From NCBI GenBank assembly GCA_045541795.1, contig JAZQJV010000009.1, positions 7,460 to 71,459 on the forward strand: a DNA stretch of 64,000 nucleotides, written 5' to 3'. This stretch comes from Patescibacteria group bacterium. GTDB taxonomy: Bacteria > Patescibacteriota > Microgenomatia > UBA1400 > PJMF01. The position numbers were made by a program, and so were the translations under genes. Shown one piece after another: positions 44,054-53,489 of the stretch. How positions within the stretch are numbered: position 1 is the stretch's first letter; each line of letters starts with the position of its first letter. The notes beneath the pieces are model-generated. The model searched no databases and had not been told where the DNA came from. It was given only the letters and a program-made list of their open reading frames with translations.

Positions 44054-44235
44054 ATCCGACCCTCCAGATAACGATCAAATTGAGACTTTTGGAACTGGAG
44101 CTGTAGGAAACAATCGGTGGCGCGGTCCTCACTCCTCCAGGCGCCAAAGCTGATCCAGAGTGCACATAAAAGCAATATCAGGTCGACGATAAACAGTGTG
44201 TTTAATGTGTACTTTTGGCGCTGTTTTTGTAACAT
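44050..44235 (-). CDS. Small single-TM protein (61 aa)
   Basis: Leaderless TGGTATAAT promoter 6 nt upstream of the ATG. TM helix LFIVDLILLLCALWISFGAW. Confidence 0.4.
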   Translation of the reverse strand: MLQKQRQKYTLNTLFIVDLILLLCALWISFGAWRSEDRATDCFLQLQFQKSQFDRYLEGRI

Positions 44236-44286
44236 AATGTGATTATACCATACAAAATGACGGCTGGAAGGTGTTTTGGCGATGAT

Positions 44287-45357
44287 TTATTGTTTTTTCA
44301 TTAGTTTCCACCTAGAAGCGTCTTGCCAGTGTAATTCCAATTTAAACTCTTTTGATAATTTCCAGCCAGTATCAATCCCATAGAAATGCCAATTCCCCTC
44401 TTGAAGTATGGCACTTTCAAGATTAATATATGTAAAAATCCAATCATACGGAATTTGTAGTAGGTGTTCATCAACCCAATCCGGCATACAAGTGTCGACC
44501 TTACCATCGCTTAAAGCAAATTGATTTTCGTCGAAAGATAATTCATAATCATTATTATTCAAGATTGGTGTATCATCTGGGAATTTGACTCCCAGCATTG
44601 TTTTATTAATTTCTTTTCCTCTAGCATTTTTAACTTTCTTAGACGCAAGCTGTAACCAATAATCGCCTTTAAAGGTTGGCTGTGTGTCTATGCGGAGTGT
44701 TTGTATTGTCGGCGAGCAATCAGCTAGTAATTCTATATAATGTAGTCCTTTCTCCAAATCTGGAGAGACGACTCTGTGCTGTTTGCTTTTAATAGATTTA
44801 GTTGCAGATATGCCGCGCCAGAGCGGGTCATCAGCATTGACGGAATAGTATTTGCCATCGATACGAACTTTTATATCGTCCTCATCTCGTCTAAAGAAAC
44901 CAGTTTCATTCCACCCCACTATTGCAGTACCACTAACACTAGCGACTGGAAGATCCACGAGGATAACGTTTATAAATGGCTGTTTGTTGAGGTTTTCAGC
45001 TTGTAAGTCTAAATTAAGAATGAATGATTCTATTGATTCAATCAATCGTAGTGAAGTTTTCTTTTCATTGATACTACCTTTGATTACATACTTAATTATA
45101 TGATCGCCAGCACTCAATTGCAGGATATAATAATTTCGCTGAGTTTTGCCACGTAAGATATTACCATTCCACGCTGCAGGAATTGTAAACCGTTGAGCGT
45201 TTTTAAATGGTGGGATTTCTCTGAATTCCAGTTGATCAATACAAACACGCATCTGACTACCAGTCGCGCAAGAAGCATCTATACAAATGGCGTACCAGGC
45301 AGTTTTGGCAATAGTAATTTTATCTTCATAAATAGTTTCCTTTGTTGGCATAATCAA
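44287..45357 (-). CDS. Hypothetical cytoplasmic protein, low GC (~38%), last gene of the glycan operon
   Basis: 356-aa ORF. 4-nt overlap with the upstream O-antigen-ligase-like gene. No recognisable motif. Confidence 0.55.
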   Translation of the reverse strand: MIMPTKETIYEDKITIAKTAWYAICIDASCATGSQMRVCIDQLEFREIPPFKNAQRFTIPAAWNGNILRGKTQRNYYILQLSAGDHIIKYVIKGSINEKKTSLRLIESIESFILNLDLQAENLNKQPFINVILVDLPVASVSGTAIVGWNETGFFRRDEDDIKVRIDGKYYSVNADDPLWRGISATKSIKSKQHRVVSPDLEKGLHYIELLADCSPTIQTLRIDTQPTFKGDYWLQLASKKVKNARGKEINKTMLGVKFPDDTPILNNNDYELSFDENQFALSDGKVDTCMPDWVDEHLLQIPYDWIFTYINLESAILQEGNWHFYGIDTGWKLSKEFKLELHWQDASRWKLMKKQ

Positions 45358-46577
45358 GTCTGAGTATATATAAAGTTCTTATCTTTGTCAATCTCTACTA
45401 TTTCCGCCACCACCAGCCCTGCCGTGAGCAGGACAAACGGTTGGAAGAGAGCCTGGTCAAATTGACTGTGTATTATAATAGACAAAATAACGTAAAAAAG
45501 ACTGGGTGAGGCACGCCATAAGTGGCAGAGTAAGTGTATACTATAATAGACAATCACGAGCGTAAGCGGCAGGCCAAAAAAGCTGACTAGCAGCAAAAAT
45601 GAGTTATCCGGGAAGCTGGCCGTCTGCTTGTAACCGACGGCACGAAGTTGACCAGGATCCCTCTGCCCAGGCAAGGGGACGAAAACTCCCCGCCCGATAA
45701 GCCACTGCCACCAAGTGAATGAGGAAACTTGACGGGTAAACATCTCAGCCCGGGCGACTAGAGAATTGGTACGCAGCAAGTTAGTGGAGTCGGAAGGAAT
45801 CCAGCGCGCCGTAAGACTGAAAAATGCCAGACTGGCTATCATGAAAACGGCGATGATAAGTGAGTATTTTGTAATTTGTAACTTTTTTATCCTCGAGTAC
45901 ATTTTGACTACATAAGCGACAGTGACACCAGCCAAGCTCACAAAACTGGCGCGCGAATAAGTGAGAATGAGCGCAAGCAAACACAGGAAAAGTGTATACT
46001 TTAGTATACTTTTAGCCTGGCGTGGCGCACAGGGCAGAGCTGTAAAAAGGTAAATAATCCCGATACAAAGCCCTAAACCCGTAAAGGCTGGATCTAGCCA
46101 CGTGCCCACCAGGCGGTAACGATGATCATCCCAACCGAGAAACTGTAATGAGCTGGTATCTGGCCAAAAAAAGTATTGCAGCAGGCCGCCTAAAGCCAGG
46201 CTCGCGAAATAAGCCGTCAGGAGAGGCGGCCACTCATGGCGGGCAAAGTCTTGGTTTAGTCTGGCGAGGAAGAGGAAAAGCAAGTAAGCTGTGAGGCGCG
46301 CCAAATAGGCGATCGGGATAAGTGACCAGGCGTGATTGAGCGTCCAGCTGAGGACAATCAGGCTGGCGGCGGCGAGGATTATCAAAGCGGCCTGGCGAGA
46401 AACTGGCCGCCGCCGCCAACACCGCCGCCAGGAAGGCGCACAGGCGAGCACATAAAGGACAATGAGCACGTCATGAAAATAAAAAGCCAGGCCAGGACTA
46501 AGCGTAACGCGTGTCATTTGCCCGAGTGCGAGCGAGATGAGAACAGCAGTGAGTAAAAAACGTCTACAAGTGGTCAT
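45354..46577 (-). CDS. O-antigen ligase (Wzy_C / WaaL) family membrane protein
   Basis: 407 aa with ~10 TM helices and LILTYSRASFVSLAGV, the O-antigen ligase signature. Confidence 0.7.
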   Translation of the reverse strand: MTTCRRFLLTAVLISLALGQMTRVTLSPGLAFYFHDVLIVLYVLACAPSWRRCWRRRPVSRQAALIILAAASLIVLSWTLNHAWSLIPIAYLARLTAYLLFLFLARLNQDFARHEWPPLLTAYFASLALGGLLQYFFWPDTSSLQFLGWDDHRYRLVGTWLDPAFTGLGLCIGIIYLFTALPCAPRQAKSILKYTLFLCLLALILTYSRASFVSLAGVTVAYVVKMYSRIKKLQITKYSLIIAVFMIASLAFFSLTARWIPSDSTNLLRTNSLVARAEMFTRQVSSFTWWQWLIGRGVFVPLPGQRDPGQLRAVGYKQTASFPDNSFLLLVSFFGLPLTLVIVYYSIHLLCHLWRASPSLFYVILSIIIHSQFDQALFQPFVLLTAGLVVAEIVEIDKDKNFIYTQT

Positions 46578-47419
46578 TTGGGATCCTTAAATGAACAATA
46601 AACTTGATACGGGAAGCGTAGTAAACGCAAGACGCGTGCCTCGCGCGGTCGCCAGATCTGGAAATATTGATCTTGGCCGGCAAAATAGAGCTGACGACGG
46701 CCTCTGGTGACAGCCGGGCGATCGGCACCGTAATGGACAATTTGGATTGATGTATCAATGTAATTTTGGAGACCACACTCTATAGCGCGCCGGGAGAGGT
46801 CGACGTCTTCAAAATACATGAAAAACCGTTCATCAAAGCCGCCGATTTCTTGCCAGTGAGAGCGCGTAACCGCAAAACAGGCACCGCTCACCCAGTCTAC
46901 GGGTAAAAGACTGTTTTTGGCCGATGCAGCGGCATTTGACGGCATAGGGACGGATTGATTTGAGTGGCGGCGCAGCGTGGTGGCGAGCGTGGGGAAACTG
47001 CCGGCAGCATCAGCTTGTGGCTGACCATCGCTCGCCACCAGGCGCGGGGCGACCAGCCCCGTGTGCGCGCGTTCCAGATCACGGCCAAGACGGCCTAAAA
47101 TTGCTTGGCTGGTGAAGGTATCTGGATTGAGGAAGAGCAATTTGTCGCCGCGCGCACGCGCCGCCCCATAATTATTAGCGCCGCCAAAGCCAAGATTTTT
47201 ACTCAAAAAAAACGTGCGTACCGGGATAATTTGCTGGAGCTGATCACTTGCTTGCCTCAAGAGTGAAACCTCATCCTTGCGGGAATTATTATCGACGAAG
47301 ATAAATTCATAAGTGTATTTTTGCTGGTGTACCTGAGCCAGACTAGCGGCAGCTTGTTGGAGCGCTTGGGTAGAATTATAATTCACGATAATGATGGAAA
47401 AATCAAGACTTTTTAGCAT
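46574..47419 (-). CDS. Family 2 glycosyltransferase
   Basis: FSIIIVNYNS..FIFVDNNS..DxD: the GT-A fold signature. Confidence 0.8.
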   Translation of the reverse strand: MLKSLDFSIIIVNYNSTQALQQAAASLAQVHQQKYTYEFIFVDNNSRKDEVSLLRQASDQLQQIIPVRTFFLSKNLGFGGANNYGAARARGDKLLFLNPDTFTSQAILGRLGRDLERAHTGLVAPRLVASDGQPQADAAGSFPTLATTLRRHSNQSVPMPSNAAASAKNSLLPVDWVSGACFAVTRSHWQEIGGFDERFFMYFEDVDLSRRAIECGLQNYIDTSIQIVHYGADRPAVTRGRRQLYFAGQDQYFQIWRPREARVLRLLRFPYQVYCSFKDPK

Positions 47420-48539
47420 ATTTGTACACTATTTGTCTAATTTGGGTAATGAAAGAGTTTTGTGAATATTTCATGGCAGCTTGATGTAAGGCGGCCTGAT
47501 CCCAGGAGATGTCCCCAGCTTGAAGGATGGCGGTTTTGAAGGCGTCGAGTGTAAGTTCGTCAAAAAATACTCCCGTCTGACCAGAAGTGATAGTTTCGGC
47601 CGGGCCGCCGGAGTAGTGAGCGATCACCGGGCAACCGCAAGCCAGCGCTTCTATCGGGACTATACCAAAATCTTCATCGGCTACCGGATACAGGAGACCG
47701 CACGCTGCCGAATAAAGGCCTGGTAATTTTTCATCTGGGACGTGGCCGAGGAGCTGAATGCGGTCGGCCGCACCCGCCACCTGGATCTGAGAGCGTAAGG
47801 CAGGCAAAAGTGGCCCGTCGCCGACAACTTTTAGCTTGAGGCCGAGATCAATGGCTGCCTGGACGGCGAGCTCAGGATGCTTGGCAACATTGAGCCGGTT
47901 GACAAATAAAAAGCCCTCACGCTGTCTATTATAGTAGACACTGGGGTTCGCTTCCGCCTGGTCGGCCAAAATGACAGGCGGATAAAGCACTTGTGCTTCC
48001 CGACGCCAAAACTTACTCACGCGCGCGGCCACGGTGTGAGAGTTGACTAAAATCACACGGGCACGCTGGGCATCGTCAAAATCACGCAGGCGCAAAAAAT
48101 GATTGATCAGTGCCCCGCCTAGGCGGGTAAAGTAGTGAGACTGCCAGTCACTGCGGGTATCATAGCCATAAAGCGAGCGCGCTGGCGTGTGACAATAGAC
48201 CAGCAAGGCGGCATCTGGCCGGACAGTCACGGCCTTGGCGTGGTAGGCATTGGTGGAAGCGATGACGACATCGTACTCACTCAGATCAAGGCGGGAAAAA
48301 GCGCGCGGCGCGAGCAAGCGCAGCGGCGAACGGAGTTTTCGGTGGCCAGGTAGGCGCTGGATGAAGGTAGTGCGGATATCCAGATCCTGGAAGGCGTGGG
48401 CGTGTTCGCCTAAGCCTGCTGGGTCAAAAAAAGCCGTGTAAAGTGGTGCCTGGGGAAAAGCCCCATGCAAAGCCAAAACTACGCGTTCTGCCCCACCAAA
48501 CTCTTGCAAGTAGTCATGTACTAGTGCCACTTTTAGCAT
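47403..48539 (-). CDS. Family 4 (GT-B) glycosyltransferase
   Basis: [21 protein letters not shown]-terminus and a C-terminal EX7E-like region. Confidence 0.75.
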   Translation of the reverse strand: MLKVALVHDYLQEFGGAERVVLALHGAFPQAPLYTAFFDPAGLGEHAHAFQDLDIRTTFIQRLPGHRKLRSPLRLLAPRAFSRLDLSEYDVVIASTNAYHAKAVTVRPDAALLVYCHTPARSLYGYDTRSDWQSHYFTRLGGALINHFLRLRDFDDAQRARVILVNSHTVAARVSKFWRREAQVLYPPVILADQAEANPSVYYNRQREGFLFVNRLNVAKHPELAVQAAIDLGLKLKVVGDGPLLPALRSQIQVAGAADRIQLLGHVPDEKLPGLYSAACGLLYPVADEDFGIVPIEALACGCPVIAHYSGGPAETITSGQTGVFFDELTLDAFKTAILQAGDISWDQAALHQAAMKYSQNSFITQIRQIVYKYAKKS

Positions 48540-48596
48540 AAATCTTCTCTATTATACCGCAGATTTTGTGGTATAATAGGAGATCTTGGAGATGAT

Positions 48597-49697
48597 ATGA
48601 GTAAAAAACTGCCGAAGGCTTTAGTCAGCGATATTGAAAAATTACTGCTCAAAGGGCGGGAAAACGGGAGTATCTCTCAGGAAGACGTGCTGGCGACTTT
48701 TGTGGAACCAGAACTGTACGTGGAAGCCCTGGATGATTTTTATGACCAGACGGCTAAGGAAGGCATTACTATTTGTGAATCCACTTCTCAAGAAGCAGAC
48801 GGCCAAGAGACTGCTGACTTACTCAAGAGTGAACTGGAGACGATCGCTAATTTCAACAACACCAATGTCTCAGATCCGGTACGGATGTATCTGAAAGAAA
48901 TTGGGCGGATCCCGCTTTTGACACGTGAGGAAGAAATCAAACTGGCCAAAAAAGTACAAGACGGAGACGTGAAAGCCAAACAAAAAATCATTTCCGCCAA
49001 CCTCCGCCTGGTAGTGGCGATCGCCAAAAAATATATCGGCCGGGGGATGAGTTTCCTAGACTTGATCCAAGAAGGCAATAAGGGCCTGATCCGGGCGGTA
49101 GACAAATACGACTGGACGCGGGGCTTTAAATTTTCTACGTACGCCACGTGGTGGATCCGCCAGGCGATCACCAGATCTATTGCTGACCAGGCGCGCACCA
49201 TCCGTGTGCCGGTACACATGGTAGAGACCATCAATGCGCTGATGCGCACCAGCCGTAAGATGATGCAAGACTTGGGACGTGAGCCGACGGTAGACGAAAT
49301 CGCCAAAGAAATGGACATCACGCCAGAAAGGGTGCGTGAGATTTTCAAGATCTCACAAAACACGGTCTCTCTGGAGTCACCAGTGGGCGACGACGGCGAG
49401 GAAGACTCAGTGCTGGGCGACTTTGTGGCCGATACTCAGCTGGCTACGCCTTATGAAAGCGCCAGCAAACAGATGCTTTCTGAAGACATTGAGGAAATTT
49501 TGTCTGGACTATCTGATCGCGAGGCCAAGGTGATCCGGATGCGCTTTGGGCTTTCTAATAGCCGGATGATGACCCTAGAAGAGGTGGGGCGGGAATTTGG
49601 CGTCACCCGGGAGCGGATCCGCCAGATAGAGAGCAAAGCGCTGCGTAACCTGCGCAACCCCAGCAAACGCAAAAAGCTGCAAGATTTTTTGGAGTAG
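48597..49697 (+). CDS. rpoD: RNA polymerase primary sigma factor (sigma-70)
   Basis: Regions 1.2 through 4 are recognisable ([26 protein letters not shown]; [12 protein letters not shown]; region 4.2 HTH). TGTGGTATAAT promoter. Confidence 0.95.
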   Translation: MSKKLPKALVSDIEKLLLKGRENGSISQEDVLATFVEPELYVEALDDFYDQTAKEGITICESTSQEADGQETADLLKSELETIANFNNTNVSDPVRMYLKEIGRIPLLTREEEIKLAKKVQDGDVKAKQKIISANLRLVVAIAKKYIGRGMSFLDLIQEGNKGLIRAVDKYDWTRGFKFSTYATWWIRQAITRSIADQARTIRVPVHMVETINALMRTSRKMMQDLGREPTVDEIAKEMDITPERVREIFKISQNTVSLESPVGDDGEEDSVLGDFVADTQLATPYESASKQMLSEDIEEILSGLSDREAKVIRMRFGLSNSRMMTLEEVGREFGVTRERIRQIESKALRNLRNPSKRKKLQDFLE

Positions 49698-49762
49698 CGA
49701 TCAGTGCGGGAACAGAAGAAATTGCCGGGAAAATCTACCAGGCATATGTTATAATACGTTAT

Positions 49763-50095
49763 ATGTCAGGATTAACCACAGCTTATCAAGTACCGACGCC
49801 AGATGTACTCATGATGGCTTTGTATCATCAAGACCAGGGATTGGCTCGTCGTGATGATTTGCTGCGCTTAGACAACCAGGCTCTGGGCGAGCTGACGCGC
49901 CAGCTTTTGCAGCAGGAAACAGCGGCACAAGAGGTTAACGATCCAGTGGCCGCTGATCTGGGGATGACGCATGAGGAATTGGTGGCGGCGTTGCAGGTTG
50001 GAATGGACGATCTAGACGCTGGGAGAGTAATGGATGCAGCTGAGCTAGACAGACAGATGAAGGCAAAATATCCATTTTTATGCCAAACAACGTAA
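49763..50095 (+). CDS. Putative antitoxin (unrecognised family) of a ParE/RelE pair
   Basis: 110-aa acidic protein. Its 3' end overlaps the toxin start by 16 nt. Confidence 0.45.
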   Translation: MSGLTTAYQVPTPDVLMMALYHQDQGLARRDDLLRLDNQALGELTRQLLQQETAAQEVNDPVAADLGMTHEELVAALQVGMDDLDAGRVMDAAELDRQMKAKYPFLCQTT

Positions 50096-50421
50096 TTGTC
50101 TCTGCTCAGGCTAGTGAAGACATTGAGAGTTTGACGTCTTATATTAGTGAAATTTTCCATGCACCTGATGCTGCAGCAAAAAAATATAACTTAATCATGA
50201 ACGTAATTCTCAACGTCCTGCCTGAACATCCATATTGGCAACATCTGTACGAAGATGCAGATTACTACGGCCAGTCGGTCTACGTCTATAACGTAGATCA
50301 TTACCGCATTTTTCACGTGCCAGATGAAGCAGCGCAAACCACGCGCGTGATCCGGGTGTTGCATCAGTCGCAAAATGCTAGTGATCACCTAGACGCGCCC
50401 TCAAATACCCACAAAACGTAA
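50080..50421 (+). CDS. ParE/RelE-family type II toxin
   Basis: 113 aa. YRIFHVPDEAAQTTRVIRVLHQSQN matches the ParE/RelE C-terminal signature (YRI.Y.V....V.I.R..H). Confidence 0.65.
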   Translation: MPNNVIVSAQASEDIESLTSYISEIFHAPDAAAKKYNLIMNVILNVLPEHPYWQHLYEDADYYGQSVYVYNVDHYRIFHVPDEAAQTTRVIRVLHQSQNASDHLDAPSNTHKT

Positions 50422-50427
50422 AAACCC

Positions 50428-50456
50428 CCGGCAGATACCAGGGGTTTAAAAACTTT
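50428..50456. terminator. Bidirectional intrinsic terminator AAACCCCCGGCAGATACCAGGGGTTT
   Basis: Hairpin with A/T tracts on both sides. It terminates the TA operon on the plus strand and the long 3' UTR of gene 50602..51849 on the minus strand. Confidence 0.7.
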
Positions 50457-50601
50457 AACAAATGAGTCAATAAGCTGTCGTCTGTAGCCAGGGAGCGTCG
50501 AATCAGGCTCCCGTCTGATGGACACGCAGTGTGCCGCTAGACGCAGAGCTTAATGAGCTCAACGAAAAAAACTACAGACTAGAGAAAAAACTAATTACGA
50601 C

Positions 50602-51849
50602 CTAGGATCTTTTCCTAAGGAAGAGAGGGATGAGGAAAAGACCAAGGAAGCTCGCGCCGGTATTGCAGCCGCCGCCACCGCCGCCCCCCTGACCGTCAGA
50701 GGTTCCGTTGCCAGAGTTACCCTGAGAGGACAAGTAAACGGTGATGGTACCGATTGCGCGGCCAGTCTTTGACTTTAACATTTTACTGCCGACGCCGTCG
50801 GATGCTGCTGTGGTCGCCGTCTCTTCTACCGTGTTCTTGTCATAGCTGAACTTAAACAGATTTGTACCAAGAAGGTAGAGTTCGCTTGAACCGCAGAAGA
50901 AGACGACTTCGTATTTCCCGTCGTCCTGACGTTTTACTGTCGGGGTGACGGGAGCAGCTGCGGTGAGATTAGCAACGCTGTTAAACAGGCTGCCATCTCT
51001 GTTGCTGATCACGTCTTTGCTTGCGAAAATCAGTTCTCCGTCTTCCGCATTAAGGATATCGGGATCACTGACTTCGCTGCCGTTGCGAACAAGGGCAACT
51101 TTGCTGGCATCACTTATCGTGAATTTCTTCCCGGAAGCTTTCTCTGTAGGAGTTGCGACTGCCCATTTTGAGCCTTCGGCACCTGTAAGAGTAAAGTATT
51201 CGGCGAAGTTCTCCGCAGTGATTTCTACGGTGTTCTGTTTCTCCAGATACTCCGCGTTCGGCCACCAGGTGGTGGTTTCAGCGCTGTTTCCAGTGGTGTA
51301 GCTCTGACCAGCAAGGATTTGATCCCCTGCCTGGACAGATACTGCACTCCAGGCCTGATGCACGGTAAACTTTGTGTTCGCCGGCACTGTCACCACGATC
51401 TCTCCATATGTTCCCTCTTTGACGAGGGTGAAGAGTGCGGTTACGTCCTTACTGGTAATCAGCTGCTCCGCGGAGTATTCCGTGATGTCCGCCGGGTCAG
51501 CATTTCCGCTATCGCCGTTGTCAGTTGCGGTCTCGTCATAAACGGATGCAGCACTTCCTACCGGAATCGTGCGGTTGCCGCCGGTTTTAGCAATACTGCC
51601 ATTGGAAGAGTCACTGACCCACCACTGGGCGGTAAAGCCCTCGGCGAGTGTGAATTCCACCGTGGTTACCGTACCATCGGTGGTCTTCATGCCGTTTGTA
51701 ACACCGGGAATTGCTTCCCATGTGCCATAATTGGCAAGTCCGGCCAGAGAGTTAACGACGTTGTCGGCAAAAGCTGCGGAAACTGCAAAAACGGAAAAAA
51801 CTACGAGCGCGAGAACTACTAAACCTTTACGTGTTGTCATTGTAGACAA
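50602..51849 (-). CDS. Secreted protein with a C-terminal sorting-signal-like tail (poly-Gly, TM, RKRS)
   Basis: 415 aa. Signal peptide. C-terminal GGGGGGGCNTGASFLGLFLIPLFLRKRS. GGAGG RBS. ~200-nt leader from the promoter at 52060..52108. Confidence 0.65.
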   Translation of the reverse strand: MSTMTTRKGLVVLALVVFSVFAVSAAFADNVVNSLAGLANYGTWEAIPGVTNGMKTTDGTVTTVEFTLAEGFTAQWWVSDSSNGSIAKTGGNRTIPVGSAASVYDETATDNGDSGNADPADITEYSAEQLITSKDVTALFTLVKEGTYGEIVVTVPANTKFTVHQAWSAVSVQAGDQILAGQSYTTGNSAETTTWWPNAEYLEKQNTVEITAENFAEYFTLTGAEGSKWAVATPTEKASGKKFTISDASKVALVRNGSEVSDPDILNAEDGELIFASKDVISNRDGSLFNSVANLTAAAPVTPTVKRQDDGKYEVVFFCGSSELYLLGTNLFKFSYDKNTVEETATTAASDGVGSKMLKSKTGRAIGTITVYLSSQGNSGNGTSDGQGGGGGGGCNTGASFLGLFLIPLFLRKRS

Positions 51850-52059
51850 CCTCCTTCATTGAATTGTAAATTTCCCATTTTGGGATTTTCGAAAAAGGAA
51901 CGTGCGCGACTGCCTGATTTTGATCCAAGTAACTTTTGTCTTGGCCGCCATCAGGAGTCAGTTTTTCTCACTTATTGTCATTTGTTAAAGAACGTTTCTC
52001 CCACATTGTCATGCTGGAGAAGTTCTCAACAGTTTGACTAATGTGATCAAAACTTAACA

Positions 52060-52108
52060 TATTATATCACACTATAGGCTTTTTGTCAAGAGGCAATTTC
52101 CAGGCTAA
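52060..52108 (-). promoter_or_regulatory. Repeated promoter cassette copy 3 (TTGACA-17-TATAAT)
   Basis: Reverse complement reads cctggaaattgcctcTTGACAaaaagcctatagtgtgaTATAAT. Confidence 0.7.
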
Positions 52109-52181
52109 AACGGATTGATCGCACAAAATCGACTAGTAATTTGACACGCAAAACTGCACGGCGTGGCAGCTGACATTTTGC

Positions 52182-53414
52182 CTAACTTACGCCCTCCCCC
52201 ACCCGCAGGCCCGGCAGCGGCCGGTCGTCACCCCGAGCGGCAATGAGGCGCCACTCGCGCAGGCAAAAATCCTGGAAACGTTGGATGAGGATCGGCACCA
52301 GCAAGCCGGCAGCCAGATACAGGCAGAGCGTTTGCGACAGACCAAAGGCCTCATAATACCACCAGATGTCACTAAAGAAGGCGTCCAGGCGGAAATCTGA
52401 GAAGTAAGGTGTGACGACGCTGAGGAAGGCAAAAAGACCTTTGACAAGCATAAAGCCCAAAAATTGGTGAATCATGATGGAATAGGTGGAGGCTGAGAGC
52501 GTGGTGATAAGGCGGGAGCGGCCAATGGCGGGTGCGAGGATACGGGCGAGCCGCAACCAGAAGAAAATTCCGATATATCCGATAATAATCGGCATGATGG
52601 GGCCGTGGACAAAGTTATTTAGCCACATGGGCGAGTAATCTGGCATGTAGCCCAAGAAAGCGGCGATGAGATATTTGGCCGCCAGGAGTGCGGGCAGGAG
52701 GATATAGCTGGAGACGGTATCACGCTGCTCGAGCGTGGTGCGGTAAAAAGTCCCCAGAGCAAAAAACGGCAACAGGTGGAGCGGGCGCAAAAGCAGCAGC
52801 CACCAGCCCAAAGAAGTACCAGCCGGCAGATCGGCCGCGATAGAGCTGGCCAGAGCATTGCCAAAAATGCCTAAACATAGGTAAAAAATGAAGTATGCCC
52901 ACTCCGGGATGCGGTCGGTGTGCGTCTCAAAAGGCGCAAACAGCCGGCGCACGAGGACGTTAAACATCTGCATGAGGAAAAGCGGGACGACAAACCAGCC
53001 GCCGACATTATAGCGGAACTGGTTACCGTCGTAAAGGGGTGCCAGCAGGAGGCTATCGGGCGTGACAAAGCCGCCGATACTAAAGCCGTGTAAAGCCGTG
53101 ATTTTGACGATCCAGCCGTAAAAAAAGTTCCACAAATACATCGGGACGAGCAGTTTGAGAGCTTGCTTTTTGGCGTAGGATAAAGGATGAGCTTCATGAG
53201 TGCGTTTGTAAAAATATCCTGATGCAAAGGCAAAAATCGCCAACTGGACGCTGCCGTAGCGAAACCAGTCATAAAGCAAATCAAAGCCGAGGTGATATGT
53301 GACCGGCTGACCGTCGAGCGTGGTGCCGCCCATAATATGTGAGCAGACCACCATCGTAATGGCGATGGCATACAGGATACGGAAGCGGTAGTCTATAGTT
53401 TTGTTTTTATCCAT
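52182..53414 (-). CDS. Acyltransferase family 3 (OafA/YrhL-like) membrane protein
   Basis: 410 aa with 10+ TM helices. N-terminal YRFRILYAIAITMVVCSHI is the acyltransferase_3 signature. Confidence 0.75.
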   Translation of the reverse strand: MDKNKTIDYRFRILYAIAITMVVCSHIMGGTTLDGQPVTYHLGFDLLYDWFRYGSVQLAIFAFASGYFYKRTHEAHPLSYAKKQALKLLVPMYLWNFFYGWIVKITALHGFSIGGFVTPDSLLLAPLYDGNQFRYNVGGWFVVPLFLMQMFNVLVRRLFAPFETHTDRIPEWAYFIFYLCLGIFGNALASSIAADLPAGTSLGWWLLLLRPLHLLPFFALGTFYRTTLEQRDTVSSYILLPALLAAKYLIAAFLGYMPDYSPMWLNNFVHGPIMPIIIGYIGIFFWLRLARILAPAIGRSRLITTLSASTYSIMIHQFLGFMLVKGLFAFLSVVTPYFSDFRLDAFFSDIWWYYEAFGLSQTLCLYLAAGLLVPILIQRFQDFCLREWRLIAARGDDRPLPGLRVGEGVS

Positions 53415-53489
53415 GTATGGCTATTATAGCACGGTTTGGCAGATAAAAAAGGTTGCATTTTGCGCCAAGATGTAGTATAATAGTGATAA

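Noticed and set aside
45470-45560. Extra copies of the TGTCTAYTATARTA palindrome inside gene 45354..46577
   Set aside because: They are in frame within a TM-helix coding region (VYYSIH/LSIIIH). The similarity to the intergenic operator is partial. It is most likely a coincidence of AT-rich codons.
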